A stretch of DNA of 64,000 nt from Nitrospirota bacterium (GTDB lineage: Bacteria > Nitrospirota > Nitrospiria > Nitrospirales > NS-4), in NCBI GenBank assembly GCA_963788195.1, contig CAWBGA010000017.1, forward strand, positions 64,001 through 128,000, read 5' to 3'. The notes beneath the pieces were generated by a model. The model ran no database searches. It was given only the letters and a program-made list of their open reading frames with translations, and was not told the DNA's origin. Of this stretch, positions 39,382 through 50,911 are shown piece after piece. The number at the start of each line of letters is the position of its first letter. The first letter of the stretch is position 1. A program made the translations under genes and the position numbers.

Positions 39382-39759
39382 CTACAAATGCCCTCGGGCG
39401 CGCGCCTCCGCTTCGACGCGCCGTGACTCCTCCTGCCGTTCCGGCACTTTCTTCTTGGCCCACGCCTCCCAGTCTTTGCCGGAAGCCGTATCCTCGCCAG
39501 ATAATTGGACAGCGACGACGTCGGCGTAAAGGATAGGGCGGGGGGCACTTTGTCCCTTGATATACATGTGAAGGCAGGGCGAGTCGACGTCAACGTCGCG
39601 ATTAAAAAGATAGCCCTCCACACATTCACCCGATTGTAAGTGGAGAGCAACGTCCCCCCTGTAATGGAAGGCTTCTTCAATCAGCCGGGACAGTTCAGCC
39701 TGCCTTTGCGGGCGAACCATGAGCGGTTCTGGTGGGGACGGGGCGGGGGAAGGGTCCAT
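39382..39759 (-). CDS. Conserved hypothetical protein downstream of hpnH
   Basis: 125-aa ORF starting 15 bp after the hpnH stop; AFHYRGDV...GYLFNR. Confidence 0.65.
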   Translation of the reverse strand: MDPSPAPSPPEPLMVRPQRQAELSRLIEEAFHYRGDVALHLQSGECVEGYLFNRDVDVDSPCLHMYIKGQSAPRPILYADVVAVQLSGEDTASGKDWEAWAKKKVPERQEESRRVEAEARARGHL

Positions 39760-39774
39760 TGGTATGCAGTTTCG

Positions 39775-40791
39775 CTATCGTGCCGAAGGGGACAATGTCG
39801 CTCTCACTGTCCTGCCGAATCCCCTCCACGAACCGAAGGTGTCGTTGACGGCGGAGGCTTCGTAGCCGCAGTGCACCATGCAATCGGCGCACTTTTCGTG
39901 CCGGCCACTTCCGTAATCTTCCCATTTGGTATCTTCGAGAAGCTCTCGAAAACTGGAGGCATAGCCCTCTTGCAGGAGATAACAGGGTTTCTGCCAGCCG
40001 AAGATATTATACGTGGGGTTTCCCCACGGAGTGCACTGATAGTCGATTTTTCCCATCAGAAAATCCAAAAACAGCGGTGACTGGTTGAACCGCCACCCTT
40101 TTCTCGGTTCGTGTAGAATCCGAGAAAACAATTCGCGTGTCCGATTTCGTTTGAGAAAGTTCTTCTGATCCGGCGCCTTGTCATAGCTGTAACCAGGCGA
40201 GATCATCATCCCTTCAACGCCGAGGTCCATCATTGCATCAAAGAAGTTTCGCACACCGTCGGGGTCGGCATCGTTGAAGACCGTCGTATTGGTAGTTACG
40301 CGGAACCCGCGCTTCAGAGCCGCCCGAATCGCCTTCACCGCAACATCGTACACACCGTCCCGGCAAACCGCCAAGTCATGCTCTGTTTTCAGACCATCCA
40401 TATGCACGCTGAAGGTCAAAAATTTCGACGGCGTGTATTCGTGAAGTTTGCGCTCCATGAGAATCGCGTTGGTGCACAAATACACATACTTCTTACGCTC
40501 GACCAAACCTTTCACGATCGTGGACATTTCCGGGTGAATCAGAGGCTCCCCACCGGGGATGCTGACGATGGGGGCGCCGCACTCATCCGCAGCCTTCCAA
40601 CACTGCTCAGGTGTCAAGCGCCGATCCAGGACATGATCCGGATACTGAATCTTTCCACAGCCGGCACAGGCCAGATTGCAACGAAACAGAGGTTCCAGCA
40701 TGAGGACCAACGGATAGCGCTCTACGCCTTTCAGCCTCTGAGTAAGCACATATTTCGTAACCGTGAACATCTGAGAGATCGGAACAGCCAC
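39775..40791 (-). CDS. hpnH: Adenosyl-hopene transferase (radical SAM)
   Basis: [36 protein letters not shown]. Confidence 0.95.
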   Translation of the reverse strand: MAVPISQMFTVTKYVLTQRLKGVERYPLVLMLEPLFRCNLACAGCGKIQYPDHVLDRRLTPEQCWKAADECGAPIVSIPGGEPLIHPEMSTIVKGLVERKKYVYLCTNAILMERKLHEYTPSKFLTFSVHMDGLKTEHDLAVCRDGVYDVAVKAIRAALKRGFRVTTNTTVFNDADPDGVRNFFDAMMDLGVEGMMISPGYSYDKAPDQKNFLKRNRTRELFSRILHEPRKGWRFNQSPLFLDFLMGKIDYQCTPWGNPTYNIFGWQKPCYLLQEGYASSFRELLEDTKWEDYGSGRHEKCADCMVHCGYEASAVNDTFGSWRGFGRTVRATLSPSAR

Positions 40792-40979
40792 ATTTACCCC
40801 ACGCGTCGGTTTGAGTCAGTGATATGAAACGGTTTCGTACTTCGAAAGACTTTACCATCTCCGCTGTCCCTGAATCAATCACCAATCACAATCACTCAAA
40901 CGCACAAATAATTAAGTACCTGCAAAGAGCGGTGGATGGCAGAGCGACGAAGTGATATATTTTCACGAAAGGAGGTCGT

Positions 40980-41378
40980 ATGCTCATTCACCGCGCTATT
41001 ATGCTGGGGTTGTTCGCAATCATCGCAGTGGTACCTGCACTGGCGGCAGAAAAAGTCGATCTCTCGGGAGAATGGGAGATCGAAGAAGAAGAGCGGTCTT
41101 ATATCGCGACCCTTGATGCCGGGGGAAGTGGCACCTATACGTGGCAGAATGGCCAGATCACTACCATCTCGTTTGTGGACGGACGATGGCAGGGCACCTG
41201 GCATCAGACCGGCAACGACCGCGAAGGCGGCTTTGACATCGTCCTCTCGGCAGACCGTAGTCGCGCAGAAGGCAAATGGTGGTACATCCGCGTCGGGCAG
41301 CAGAACATCCCACCCGGAGAATGGGGTGGTCCTTTTGTGTGGAAGCGGCTCTCCCCAATTCCAGCCTCATCTCCATAA
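40980..41378 (+). CDS. Small secreted beta-rich hypothetical protein
   Basis: AAAGGAGG RBS; signal peptide; DLSGEW...GTW...GKWW. Confidence 0.75.
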   Translation: MLIHRAIMLGLFAIIAVVPALAAEKVDLSGEWEIEEEERSYIATLDAGGSGTYTWQNGQITTISFVDGRWQGTWHQTGNDREGGFDIVLSADRSRAEGKWWYIRVGQQNIPPGEWGGPFVWKRLSPIPASSP

Positions 41379-41655
41379 TCGCCGCGATAAAGAATCGCTC
41401 CTGTATATCGGTTCCGATACGAGGCGGACCGCTACGGATACAGCTGTACCCTCAGTCTCCGCGTTCGCTAATCTCGGATTCGGCCTGTCTTCATTCGTAT
41501 CTCTTTGAGATTGTTTGTTTCGGGTGCCCGCTGCGCAAACCTGGTACAAGCATTGCTCATCTCTGTAAACAAACCTAGGGACCCAAAGAACAAACGCGGA
41601 CCCGTCGCCAGGAAAATAAATCTGTCCCCTTTTCAGATAACCTGCGGAGGACTCC

Positions 41656-42699
41656 TTGCAGCACAACGATCATGAGACCGAAAACGTTTTAGCTTGCCTA
41701 CCAAGCCCGATCTTCCTGGTCGATCAGCAACAGCGGGTTGTCTATGCGAATTCACTCGCCCTGCAACATTTCGGCCGATCAGAATCTTCCATGTGTGGAC
41801 GCCCGATTTATGAGATCCTGCCGGTTCAGCATTTCTTAGGCCCCTCGAACTGGCGCGCTCGACCTGTCGGAGAATTCAATGCGCATACAAGGGTCTACCA
41901 GTATCGCTTCTTTCCGGTTGATGTGAATGGCAAGGCGGAGACCGGGATCGTTATCTTGGACATCACCGAGCAGAAGCAATTGCAGGATCAACTGATCCAA
42001 GCCGAAAAACTGTCCGCCCTGGGCATGCTGGTTTCCAGCATGGCTCATGAAATGAATACTCCTCTGCATGGGATACTTGCCATGGCGGAACTGATTCTCG
42101 AAGAGAGTGACCCGGAAACAATCAGGGAATACGCCCGAGATATCGCAGGCTATTCCAAACATGCGGCGGCCGTGGTGCGTGAGCTCGCCTGCTACTCCCA
42201 TCCCGCTTCAGGCGACCCAGAGCTGACGATCGATCTCAACGAACGGCTGGACGCGGCGGTAAAAATGGTCCGTCGCAACCCGCATTTCGGGGATATCCAA
42301 GTGATCCGGGACTTTCGGTTGCTACCCGGGATCCGAGTGCGACGATGCGAGATCGATCAGGTCTTTGTGAATCTGATCACCAATGCCGTCCAAGCCATGG
42401 CCGGTCATGGTTGCCTCACGCTCACCACCCGCGCGAACTGCAGTGACGTCTCGGCGAGCGTCACCGACACAGGCGGCGGCATTTCGAACGCGCATCTGAC
42501 ACAAATTTTCGATCCGTTTTTTACAACCAAGGATCCTGACGCGGGCACCGGCCTAGGTCTGAGCGTCGTTTACACGATCGTGTCGAAGTACGATGGCAGG
42601 GTGAGCGTCGATACCGAGGAAGGCAAAGGGACAACCTTCACGGTTCATTTTCCGATGATGAGGTCTGCTCACAGGGAGGCCAATGATGGAATCGCATGA
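41656..42699 (+). CDS. PAS-domain sensor histidine kinase
   Basis: [43 protein letters not shown] before the TTG start. Confidence 0.9.
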   Translation: MQHNDHETENVLACLPSPIFLVDQQQRVVYANSLALQHFGRSESSMCGRPIYEILPVQHFLGPSNWRARPVGEFNAHTRVYQYRFFPVDVNGKAETGIVILDITEQKQLQDQLIQAEKLSALGMLVSSMAHEMNTPLHGILAMAELILEESDPETIREYARDIAGYSKHAAAVVRELACYSHPASGDPELTIDLNERLDAAVKMVRRNPHFGDIQVIRDFRLLPGIRVRRCEIDQVFVNLITNAVQAMAGHGCLTLTTRANCSDVSASVTDTGGGISNAHLTQIFDPFFTTKDPDAGTGLGLSVVYTIVSKYDGRVSVDTEEGKGTTFTVHFPMMRSAHREANDGIA

Positions 42700-43153
42700 T
42701 TGGAAACGAAGCCGATCGGTAGAAAAGACGGCACTAGATTCCCATAAACTACGCGGGCGAATCCTGATCGTTGAGGATGAAGAGCAGGTCCGCAAACCGA
42801 TGCGCCTGCATCTCACCAAAGCCGGCTATGAGGTTGTGGAAGTCGCGAACGGCGCCAAGGCTATTGAATTTTTGACGACACCGTCAAACGCGAATCTGAT
42901 CGACATAATTATATGTGATATCCGAATGCCGTTCGCGAACGGCCTTGAAGCCATCCGATATTGTCTCAGGCACCATCCATTGATACCGCTCGTCGTACTG
43001 ACCGGATATCCCGATGCGGAACTTGCCGGGTCTCTTCTGGAACAGGGCGTCAGAGACTACCTCGTCAAACCAGTCACGCGTGAAGAGCTCCTAGCCGTTC
43101 TCAAACGTCACATCCACGAGGCCGACAGTGAAATCGTGACGACATCACGGTGA
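42683..43153 (+). CDS. Single-domain response regulator
   Basis: ILIVEDE, CDIRMP, LTG, YLVKP. Confidence 0.9.
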   Translation: MMESHDWKRSRSVEKTALDSHKLRGRILIVEDEEQVRKPMRLHLTKAGYEVVEVANGAKAIEFLTTPSNANLIDIIICDIRMPFANGLEAIRYCLRHHPLIPLVVLTGYPDAELAGSLLEQGVRDYLVKPVTREELLAVLKRHIHEADSEIVTTSR

Positions 43154-44367
43154 AAGCTCGACGAGAGGTCTCCGGACTCTTGTTGAAAATTACTATGCGA
43201 ATAGGTAAAAGTAGTCCGGAGCATCCGATTGATCGTGTAGCTCAGAGACAAGTCCGTGCCGAAAGAATCAAATGTCAAGCTTGAGCCAGTGGCTGTCGTT
43301 CCCGAGGCTCCCACCGTCGTTCCCGATACTGAGCTGCTGTGAGCAAAATTCACGCCCACTGACCCTGAGAGAGAATCGGTCAGTCCTTGCAACACCGAGA
43401 CGGCGAGCACATTGCTTTCCAACGCGCTGGCTGAGATAAAAAAACTCGGGGTCACCGATCTAACGAAGGAGATCGTCGCGGTCGTATTCCTTTCACGCCA
43501 CGACGCTGAGAGATTGAAGATGGGCGTCACCCGATCCGAGGGTGTGATTTGGGTTACGCCTGCTGATGCGTTTCCAGATAGTCTTTGGGAAAACTGATGC
43601 GTGAGTCCCACGGTGCCCCCCTGTGTGTGAAACCCCGGCACATCCCCCCCAAAATCAGCGCGCGAGTACTGATATTGAAGACTCAACGTATCGGTAGGGG
43701 TCAGCGTTATATTAGGACCCGCGTTGAGAGTCTGAAAGGTCGAATTGAACAAGGACTCCTCGGGCGCGGCCCCAATGGTATTGCCGAACTTCAGATAAGA
43801 GTAACCATAGTTTGCGGACAGACTCACGCGTGATGTTAAGGTGTAGCCGCCTGTGACCGACGTCAGACTCGTAAACGATCGGGCTCTTTGAGGCTGAATG
43901 CCGGTCGCAAACGGGTTAAAGCCGGCCGTCGCGCTCACAAACGCGGGCAATTCCGGGGTGTATGAAACCGATTCCGTAATCCGCAATTGCGCACGCTTGT
44001 CGAGCCGACCCACAAGTTCGCTCAGATCGACACTGGCGGTCCCAAAAACGGAAGTATAGTTGAAGTTTGTATTTTTTGCGTACGACGCAAAGAACGCCCC
44101 CCCGGTCAACGTAGCCGTTAACGGTCGCCCCCTATAATTGACATTCAGCGCAGGGGAGACGCTTGTGACAAAATCCTGGTTGCCCTGACCGCTGGCGGTG
44201 AAGAGGATGTTACTGTCGTAGCGCTCGGAGACTGTGAGTGTTGGAACGAATTGCAAATCGGCCATTGCCGGTAGGGCCACTGCCAGGATGATCGTAGCCC
44301 CGAAGCCCCCACTCAATAGTCGTCGCAGAAGAGGATACGAACGGCAACTTAGACTAGGGTCAGACAA
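43108..44367 (-). CDS. Outer-membrane beta-barrel protein (exopolysaccharide/PEP-CTERM-associated type)
   Basis: Signal peptide; PTLTVSERYDSNI...DFVTSVSP; alternating beta-strand pattern; aromatic C-terminus. Confidence 0.7.
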   Translation of the reverse strand: MSDPSLSCRSYPLLRRLLSGGFGATIILAVALPAMADLQFVPTLTVSERYDSNILFTASGQGNQDFVTSVSPALNVNYRGRPLTATLTGGAFFASYAKNTNFNYTSVFGTASVDLSELVGRLDKRAQLRITESVSYTPELPAFVSATAGFNPFATGIQPQRARSFTSLTSVTGGYTLTSRVSLSANYGYSYLKFGNTIGAAPEESLFNSTFQTLNAGPNITLTPTDTLSLQYQYSRADFGGDVPGFHTQGGTVGLTHQFSQRLSGNASAGVTQITPSDRVTPIFNLSASWRERNTTATISFVRSVTPSFFISASALESNVLAVSVLQGLTDSLSGSVGVNFAHSSSVSGTTVGASGTTATGSSLTFDSFGTDLSLSYTINRMLRTTFTYSHSNFQQESGDLSSSFHRDVVTISLSASWM

Positions 44368-44496
44368 CTAGTTGGCACCTCTAACGGAAGTTCGTGCGCT
44401 CTATGTTCCCGCGAGAACTTATAAGCTGATTCCCGGGGTGTCAAGCACAAAGTGTCCATTGGCGCTTGCCGTCCCGCGTTTCGCAGTCGCCTCATT

Positions 44497-44532
44497 AGTA
44501 GATGGCTAGCCTAAAGTAGATGGCTAGCCTAA
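44497..44532. repeat. Perfect 18-bp tandem duplication in a divergent promoter region
   Basis: AGTAGATGGCTAGCCTAA twice (44497, 44515). Confidence 0.85.
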
Positions 44533-44788
44533 TTACTAAACGGTCAAGCAACCTATTTAACACCCCTCATCGGTCCCGTCTTCATACCGGTGGTCCCGAC
44601 TGAAGCCTGAATGTAATTCCCTCCACCCTGATGTCTTTCTCACACAGGAGCGGGATCGCCAGGACGACCGCTGCAGGACATTTTCCACGATTACAATGTC
44701 TTTTAGCGCCGTGGAAAGTCTTACCTAGGCATCGGCATTGCACTGGTATCAGATCTTCGAGCGGGATGTAATAGGAGCAACTAGGAAA

Positions 44789-45388
44789 ATGCAAATGACT
44801 TCTACGGAAACTCTATCCTCAGCGCAACGGGTCATCGAACGCCGCAGCGGCTCAGGATTCCTCATGCTTTCTGCGTCCATGCAAGTGCTGCACTGGGATC
44901 GAGGGGCCTCGGAATTGTGCCGGCAGATCATTTCGCCCCCAAGGGAAGATACCCAAACCGCCGCCCTACCAGTTCCTGTGACTGGGCTGGCGAACGATAT
45001 CGTGAAGCTAATGGAAATTAGAACTGAGCCTAAGGACTGGGAGCAGTTTCAACTCCGCCGGATCGTAAAAAACGGTCCCGATTCGATCGTGCTGACAGGA
45101 ATAGGCTTTCCGCACCTCGGAGGTTTTAAGGACTCGCGAGTGCTTATCATTCTTGAACGGATCCGGCTTCGGCACAAATTCAGTCTCGAAAAAGCCAAGG
45201 AGCAATTTCATCTTACGGATCGTGAAACCGAAGTCATCGAGCATCTCATGAAAGGCTGGACGAACAAAGAGATCGCGAATGAGATCGCGATCAGCGAGCA
45301 GACAGTGAAGGAACACATCAAGCACATCATGGATAAGACCCAGACTTCTACCCGCACGGGGATTCTGGTGCAGATCTTCCAGGGGTGA
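44789..45388 (+). CDS. LuxR-family HTH transcriptional regulator
   Basis: LTDRETEV...GWTNKEIA...ISEQTVKEHIKHI..K. Confidence 0.9.
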   Translation: MQMTSTETLSSAQRVIERRSGSGFLMLSASMQVLHWDRGASELCRQIISPPREDTQTAALPVPVTGLANDIVKLMEIRTEPKDWEQFQLRRIVKNGPDSIVLTGIGFPHLGGFKDSRVLIILERIRLRHKFSLEKAKEQFHLTDRETEVIEHLMKGWTNKEIANEIAISEQTVKEHIKHIMDKTQTSTRTGILVQIFQG

Positions 45389-48300
45389 GGATTAAAGAGC
45401 TCCCGCCGATGCCAATCGGCACGCCCCCTTGAAACATCACATAATTCCCGGTGATTGCCGGCGCTCTCTGTCCGGGCGTCACGATTCCTACGAGATTCAA
45501 AGGATCCGCTGCCGACACGCGGACCTCGTGAACGACAGGATTACGGCGAGCACTACGGAGGGCGTCGATAGCCTCCGGAAGCGCGAACTGCTCCCCCGTG
45601 AACCCGGCGACGAAGCGCCCGCCCCGTATTTCTCCACGTAATTCGAGCCGTCGATACTGAACCAGGAGGTCACGCCATGGCGGGGCGTTGGACTCGCGGC
45701 CTAGGAGATCTCGAAAGACGACTCCATAGCGACGCAAAAGCTGGCGGGCCACGCGCTCGGCGAACTCCGGCGAGCTTATCCGTAGCCGCTCGATGCCGAG
45801 CGACTCCGGACTGAACAGCGACCATCGCCCGATACTGTGCCTCGGACTCCTCGTACGCTCCCTACCTTCTGCCCGACGGCGGCGCGGATCGATCAAGGCT
45901 CTTAAACTGTCGAATCCGTCGGCCGTCGCGAGGCCGGCGCTCACGAGCTCCCACAGTCCTTGCTCCACTTCAGCGGGAAGAAAGCCGGTTCCCCTCACAA
46001 AGTCCGTGAAGAAACTCGCCCCGCGCTCGCATAGATGCCGGTGTAGAGCTTGGCCCACTGAGCTTAAGGTTGGCGGAGCAGTCTCCCGCGCCAGCAACCA
46101 ACCGACATCTTCCCGCGGGAAGACGCCAATAGGGGCCGCGCTCGTCAGATTCAGAATTTTCGCAGGAGGGGCGCTCAGGCGGCCCCAGGCCACAACGCCG
46201 CTCAAGCAAAGACGATCCAACAGCTCCGGTTTATAGCCCACCACCCGGTGAGCCAGAAGATATCGCTCCCAGGCCGGCCCGGCCGCCTCAAATCCGGACA
46301 GCTGCTGGATCACTTCCAGCAATCCTTGCTCACCGTGTAGTTGAGAGCCTGGCTCGAAATGCTGCCATTGAAACAAAAACCGGACGAAGTCGGCAGCCGT
46401 GACTGGCTCGATCTCCCGACGCAGAGCCGCTGTCGTCAGACGATGGATGCGCGCCAGGAGTCGGCGATGGCACCACTGTTCCGCTTGAGGTTGGTCCTTC
46501 TCGGGAAAAAGCTCCTCACTCCTCGCCGGTGTTGAAAAATGCCCGCGAAGAACCTGCCCACTAGCCTCACATTGAAGGAGCGCGGTCGATACAAGTGTTT
46601 CGGGTAGCTGCAGTCTTCGCGAAAGTTCAGCCGCTGTCGTCGGGCCGACCACTTCCATCCAGCCCTGCACGATCGCGCTCACCGCCTCTTGCGCATCGGG
46701 CACGTGTCCAGGAGTGGGCACCCCTTTGCACGTGTCATCGACGCCAGAGCGGGCACTGCTCATCAGGGCTTGGCCATAGACTTGCCTCTCAGTCGCAATC
46801 CAAACCTGGCCCTCCTGCGCCTTGCCGTCTACCCCATTCACGGTGCGCGGTGCACCTGCCATCGAAGCGACAGGCGACTCAATGGCAATGCCCCCAACGG
46901 CCATTATCATGGCGCGGCCCGTCCCAAGTAGCGCGGAAAGGTGCGCGGCCCAATCCTCCGGCGCCTGGTCCGCGGGGATCCAAATTAAGCTCAGCAGAGC
47001 ATCATGCAGTTCATCGGGATCACGAACGACCGGCGCCGCCTCCTCCACCACTTGTGCAATCGCCGCAGGATCCAATCCGCCCAATCGAGCGCTGAGGTCG
47101 CTCGGCAAAGTCCGTCGCATCTGCACAGCGCGCGTCCGACGTTCCTCCAGGGGGGCGTCATCCAAGAACGCGTATGGATTGGCGTTAAGAATCTCGTGCC
47201 CGAAGGCTGAGGGGGCGGGTGTCTCTGCGGCGATGCAACGAATCTCACCTCGCTCGATCCGCTCAAGGACACGGATAAGCCCTTCCACATCCAACGCTTC
47301 GGTCAAACAGTCCTGCAACGTCTCGCGAACAAGCGGATGGTCCGGAGGCTCGATGTCGTGTGGGTTATCCTGGCACGCGGTCACGGCCGGAAACACCGCC
47401 GACAATAAGTCCTCCGCGCGCATCCGCTGAATCTGTGGAGGCACCCGGCGGCCGTGACTAAACCGGAGAAGAGCCAGTGCGCGGGACGCATTCCATCGCC
47501 AGCGTGTCATGAACATCGGCGATACGAGGACGGCTTTTGTCAGAACCTCTTTGACGCTTGCCGCTTTGAGGAAATCGAACACCGAGGCGAGTGGAAAACT
47601 GTGCCTCTCTCCGAGTGAGATGACCAGACCTTCATCCGTGGCAGCCGCTTGCAGCTCGAGGTCGAACGCGGCGCAAAAACGTTTTCGTAACGCCAGTCCC
47701 CAAGCACGGTTCAATCGCCCCCCGAACGGCGCATGAAGAACGAGTTGCATGCCGCCGCTTTCGTCGAAAAAACGCTCGGCAACGATCGTCTCCTGCGTCG
47801 GCACGGTGCCGAGCAGGTCGCGCCCCTCTTTGATATACCCCAACGCCTGTTCGGCTCCACGGCGATCCAGCGCACATTCCACCTCCAGCCATCTGACGGC
47901 CGAATCTATTCCCTGTGGGTCTGACGCCTTCTCCAGAAAGTCCTGGAGCTCTTGTCGGACGCGTGCCACCTGCGCTGAAAGTTCGGCCGTCCTGGAGGGC
48001 GCCTCCCCGCGCCAGAACGGAATGGTGGGCGGCGCGCCATGAGCATCTTCTACGCGTACGGTGCCGGTCTCGATGCCACGAATGCGCCAGGATGCGTTAC
48101 CTAATAGCATGATATCGCCGGCCAGACTTTCCACGGCGAAATCTTCATCAACGGAGCCGACAACAAGCCCCTCGGGTTCCGCGATGACAGCGTAGTTTGC
48201 CGTGTCCGGAATCGCGCCTCCGGAGGTCAGGGCAGCCAGCCGCGCGCCGCGGCGGCCTCGTACCCGGTTCTGGACTCGATCATGATGGAGGAGGGCCCCC

Positions 48301-49688
48301 CTTCGCCCCTGCGACGTGGCAAAGCCGTCGCTGAGCATGTGCACCACGGAATCGAAATCCTCGCGTTTGAGCTGCCGATACGGATAGGCGCCGCGACATA
48401 ACGCAAAAAGGGAGTCTTCCGGCCAGTCCTGCGTGGCTGCAGACGCGACGATCTGCTGTGCAAGAATGTCCAACGGCTCGGCTGGGATGGTGGCACGGTC
48501 GAGGATACCCTCACGTATCGACTTCACCACCGCCGCACACTCAATCAAATCATCGCGCGTGGTCGGAAAAAGTCTCCCTTTCGGCAGAGCGCCGATCCAG
48601 TGTCCCGATCGTCCGATGCGTTGAAGCGCAGTGGCTATGGCTCGCGGCGATCCTACCTGACACACGAGTTCCACGCTGCCGATATCGATTCCAAGCTCGA
48701 GTGAGGCAGTGGCGACGATGACACGGATCTCGCCGCGTTTGAGCCGATCCTCCGCAGACAACCGAAGGCGCCGCGATAGACTCCCATGATGCGCGGCAAC
48801 CTGGTCCTCCCCTAAACGCTCGCCCAGATGATGCGCGATCCGTTCCGCCAGCCGCCGTGTGTTGACAAAAATCAGAGTCGTGCGATGCCCGCGGGCCAAT
48901 TCTGCCAAACGATCGTAGATTTCGCTCCAGATGGCATTCGTGGCGACGCTGCCCAATTCGTCCTTGGGAACTTCTACGCCGAGGTCCATCCTTCGCTGAT
49001 GGCCCATGTCGATGACCCGGCATGGATTCCCCTTGCCGCCGATAAGAAACGCAGCTATTTCGTCGATCGGCTTCTGTGTCGCGGACAGACCGATACGTGC
49101 GGGCTTGGTACCTGTCAGAGCTTCGAGCCGTTCGAGCGACAAGGAGAGATGTGCGCCGCGCTTGTTTGACGCGACCGCGTGAATTTCGTCGACAATGACG
49201 GTCCTGATGTCTCGAAGCACCTCGCGGCTCTTCTCGGCAGTCAGTAACAGAAACAGCGATTCTGGTGTTGTAATCAGGATATGCGGCGGGCGCAAGAGCA
49301 TGCGCCGCCGGTTCCACGCGGGGGTGTCCCCGGTCCGCACCTCTACACGGAGTTCGGGGATCAGGATCCCGGCATCAATGGCCTTCTGCCCGATTTCTGC
49401 AAGCGGTTGCTGCAGATTTTTCTGCACGTCATTGCTCAGAGCTTTTAGAGGAGACACATAGAGCACTTGCGTCTTCTCTTCCAGTTCTCCAGCCAGCGCC
49501 TGCTTGAACAATCTATCAAGACAAACGAGAAAGGCGGCCAAGGTCTTCCCCGACCCCGTCGGTGCGGCGATCAGAGTATCGCCTCCAGAGGTGATAGCAG
49601 GCCAGCTCTCGAGTTGGACGTCGGTCGGCTCGCTAAAGCGTCCTCGAAACCACTCCCCGATCACAGGATGAAACAGCGCCAGCGACAT
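45348..49688 (-). CDS. lhr: Lhr family DEAH-box helicase (long form)
   Basis: APTGSGKT, PLKALSND, DEIH, LSAT, SLELGIDIG, QRIGRSGH; C-terminal EIRGGRFV.GF.GEQFA. Confidence 0.92.
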   Translation of the reverse strand: MSLALFHPVIGEWFRGRFSEPTDVQLESWPAITSGGDTLIAAPTGSGKTLAAFLVCLDRLFKQALAGELEEKTQVLYVSPLKALSNDVQKNLQQPLAEIGQKAIDAGILIPELRVEVRTGDTPAWNRRRMLLRPPHILITTPESLFLLLTAEKSREVLRDIRTVIVDEIHAVASNKRGAHLSLSLERLEALTGTKPARIGLSATQKPIDEIAAFLIGGKGNPCRVIDMGHQRRMDLGVEVPKDELGSVATNAIWSEIYDRLAELARGHRTTLIFVNTRRLAERIAHHLGERLGEDQVAAHHGSLSRRLRLSAEDRLKRGEIRVIVATASLELGIDIGSVELVCQVGSPRAIATALQRIGRSGHWIGALPKGRLFPTTRDDLIECAAVVKSIREGILDRATIPAEPLDILAQQIVASAATQDWPEDSLFALCRGAYPYRQLKREDFDSVVHMLSDGFATSQGRRGALLHHDRVQNRVRGRRGARLAALTSGGAIPDTANYAVIAEPEGLVVGSVDEDFAVESLAGDIMLLGNASWRIRGIETGTVRVEDAHGAPPTIPFWRGEAPSRTAELSAQVARVRQELQDFLEKASDPQGIDSAVRWLEVECALDRRGAEQALGYIKEGRDLLGTVPTQETIVAERFFDESGGMQLVLHAPFGGRLNRAWGLALRKRFCAAFDLELQAAATDEGLVISLGERHSFPLASVFDFLKAASVKEVLTKAVLVSPMFMTRWRWNASRALALLRFSHGRRVPPQIQRMRAEDLLSAVFPAVTACQDNPHDIEPPDHPLVRETLQDCLTEALDVEGLIRVLERIERGEIRCIAAETPAPSAFGHEILNANPYAFLDDAPLEERRTRAVQMRRTLPSDLSARLGGLDPAAIAQVVEEAAPVVRDPDELHDALLSLIWIPADQAPEDWAAHLSALLGTGRAMIMAVGGIAIESPVASMAGAPRTVNGVDGKAQEGQVWIATERQVYGQALMSSARSGVDDTCKGVPTPGHVPDAQEAVSAIVQGWMEVVGPTTAAELSRRLQLPETLVSTALLQCEASGQVLRGHFSTPARSEELFPEKDQPQAEQWCHRRLLARIHRLTTAALRREIEPVTAADFVRFLFQWQHFEPGSQLHGEQGLLEVIQQLSGFEAAGPAWERYLLAHRVVGYKPELLDRLCLSGVVAWGRLSAPPAKILNLTSAAPIGVFPREDVGWLLARETAPPTLSSVGQALHRHLCERGASFFTDFVRGTGFLPAEVEQGLWELVSAGLATADGFDSLRALIDPRRRRAEGRERTRSPRHSIGRWSLFSPESLGIERLRISSPEFAERVARQLLRRYGVVFRDLLGRESNAPPWRDLLVQYRRLELRGEIRGGRFVAGFTGEQFALPEAIDALRSARRNPVVHEVRVSAADPLNLVGIVTPGQRAPAITGNYVMFQGGVPIGIGGSSLILTPGRSAPESPCG

Positions 49689-49816
49689 AGGAAGATTGTA
49701 ACACTACGGCACCCTTGCGGGCATCACCGACGGACCCCCCGTCCTGATCTTTTTCGGCCCCCATATTTAGGTACTTTCACCAATCTTCCGATACAACTGT
49801 AGAGGAAGCAACTATT

Positions 49817-50911
49817 TTGCCGTTTCAACGACGACCATTACGTCATCCACACCTCCCGGCACGGGAAATCCTGGTGTCCCGGCGGACCGCCGGCATGCAT
49901 CCCGCACTTTCCACTCATCGCCCTGACGAAGAACTCCTAGGCCTGCGCATGTGCGATTTAGGATTGCAGTTACGTGGGACTTGGCTTGCTGGCTGCCTTG
50001 ACAAGTTGTGTAGAGAACTCGAACGCCGCAAGATTCGTTTCTGCCCGCATGCTTGGCTGTCACACGATTGGTTTTGCCCTGACGGAGTGCCCGGGATCGC
50101 GATTCCGTTTTACCTTGCCCATCCGCAGTTGATGCGTCTCGAGTATCGGCAGATCGGGGATGTTGAAGGCGGCTCCCGGGAAGCGTGCATGAGGATTCTG
50201 CGGCATGAGAGCGGACACGCCCTCCAGCATGCCTACCAGTTGCAGCGGCGACGCGGTTATCGGCAGTTGTTCGGAAAATCCTCTCAGCCATACCCTGAAT
50301 ACTACCGTCCCTATCCCCGCAGCAGGGATTATGTCTACCACTTGCCGCTCTATTACGCCCAGAGCCACCCGGACGAGGATTTTGCCGAAACGTTCGCCGT
50401 ATGGCTCCAACGCCGTGCCACGTGGCGCAAGCGATACCGGGGTTGGCCCGCCCTCAAAAAACTGCAATACGTCGACGCGGTGATGGCGGAACTCAAGGAT
50501 GCGCGACCGCTGATCTCGTCCCGCAAGGAGGTGGATCCCGTACGCCTCCTTAAAACGAAGTTGCGGAACCACTATGCGGCCAAGCGTGACCGATACGAGC
50601 GGGGTCATCCGGACATCTACGACCGTGACTTGCGTCGATTGTTTTCCGACGACCCGAAGTTTCGTGCCCGTGAGCACGCGTCAAAGTTTTTGAGAGACCG
50701 GCGAGCCCGCATCCGAGCGCTCGTCGGGGAAACCCGGTCGGAGAACATGCCTGCCCTGGAACTCGTGCTTGACGACATGATCGGACGGTGCCGGGAACTT
50801 AGGCTTCGCGCCGTGGGTTCCAAGCGAGAGATGCTGAGCGGTTTCACCCGCCTGCTACGCCGCAAAACAAAGGTCTTCCTCTCACGAAGGCTGACCAGAA
50901 TCGCCCTATGA
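49817..50911 (+). CDS. Putative zinc-binding metallopeptidase (Peptidase_Mx-like)
   Basis: LRHESGH (HExxH) and YAQSHPDEDFAETFA. Confidence 0.8.
   Translation: MPFQRRPLRHPHLPAREILVSRRTAGMHPALSTHRPDEELLGLRMCDLGLQLRGTWLAGCLDKLCRELERRKIRFCPHAWLSHDWFCPDGVPGIAIPFYLAHPQLMRLEYRQIGDVEGGSREACMRILRHESGHALQHAYQLQRRRGYRQLFGKSSQPYPEYYRPYPRSRDYVYHLPLYYAQSHPDEDFAETFAVWLQRRATWRKRYRGWPALKKLQYVDAVMAELKDARPLISSRKEVDPVRLLKTKLRNHYAAKRDRYERGHPDIYDRDLRRLFSDDPKFRAREHASKFLRDRRARIRALVGETRSENMPALELVLDDMIGRCRELRLRAVGSKREMLSGFTRLLRRKTKVFLSRRLTRIAL

Noticed and set aside
39282..39680. N-terminal extension of ORF 38904-39680
   Set aside because: It overlaps the more plausible gene 39382-39759 in another frame; the signal-peptide-like start is near 39281.
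45348..45388. 41-bp convergent overlap of luxR and lhr as a regulatory device
   Set aside because: Short 3' overlaps of convergent genes are common, and the Lhr tail here looks non-conserved.
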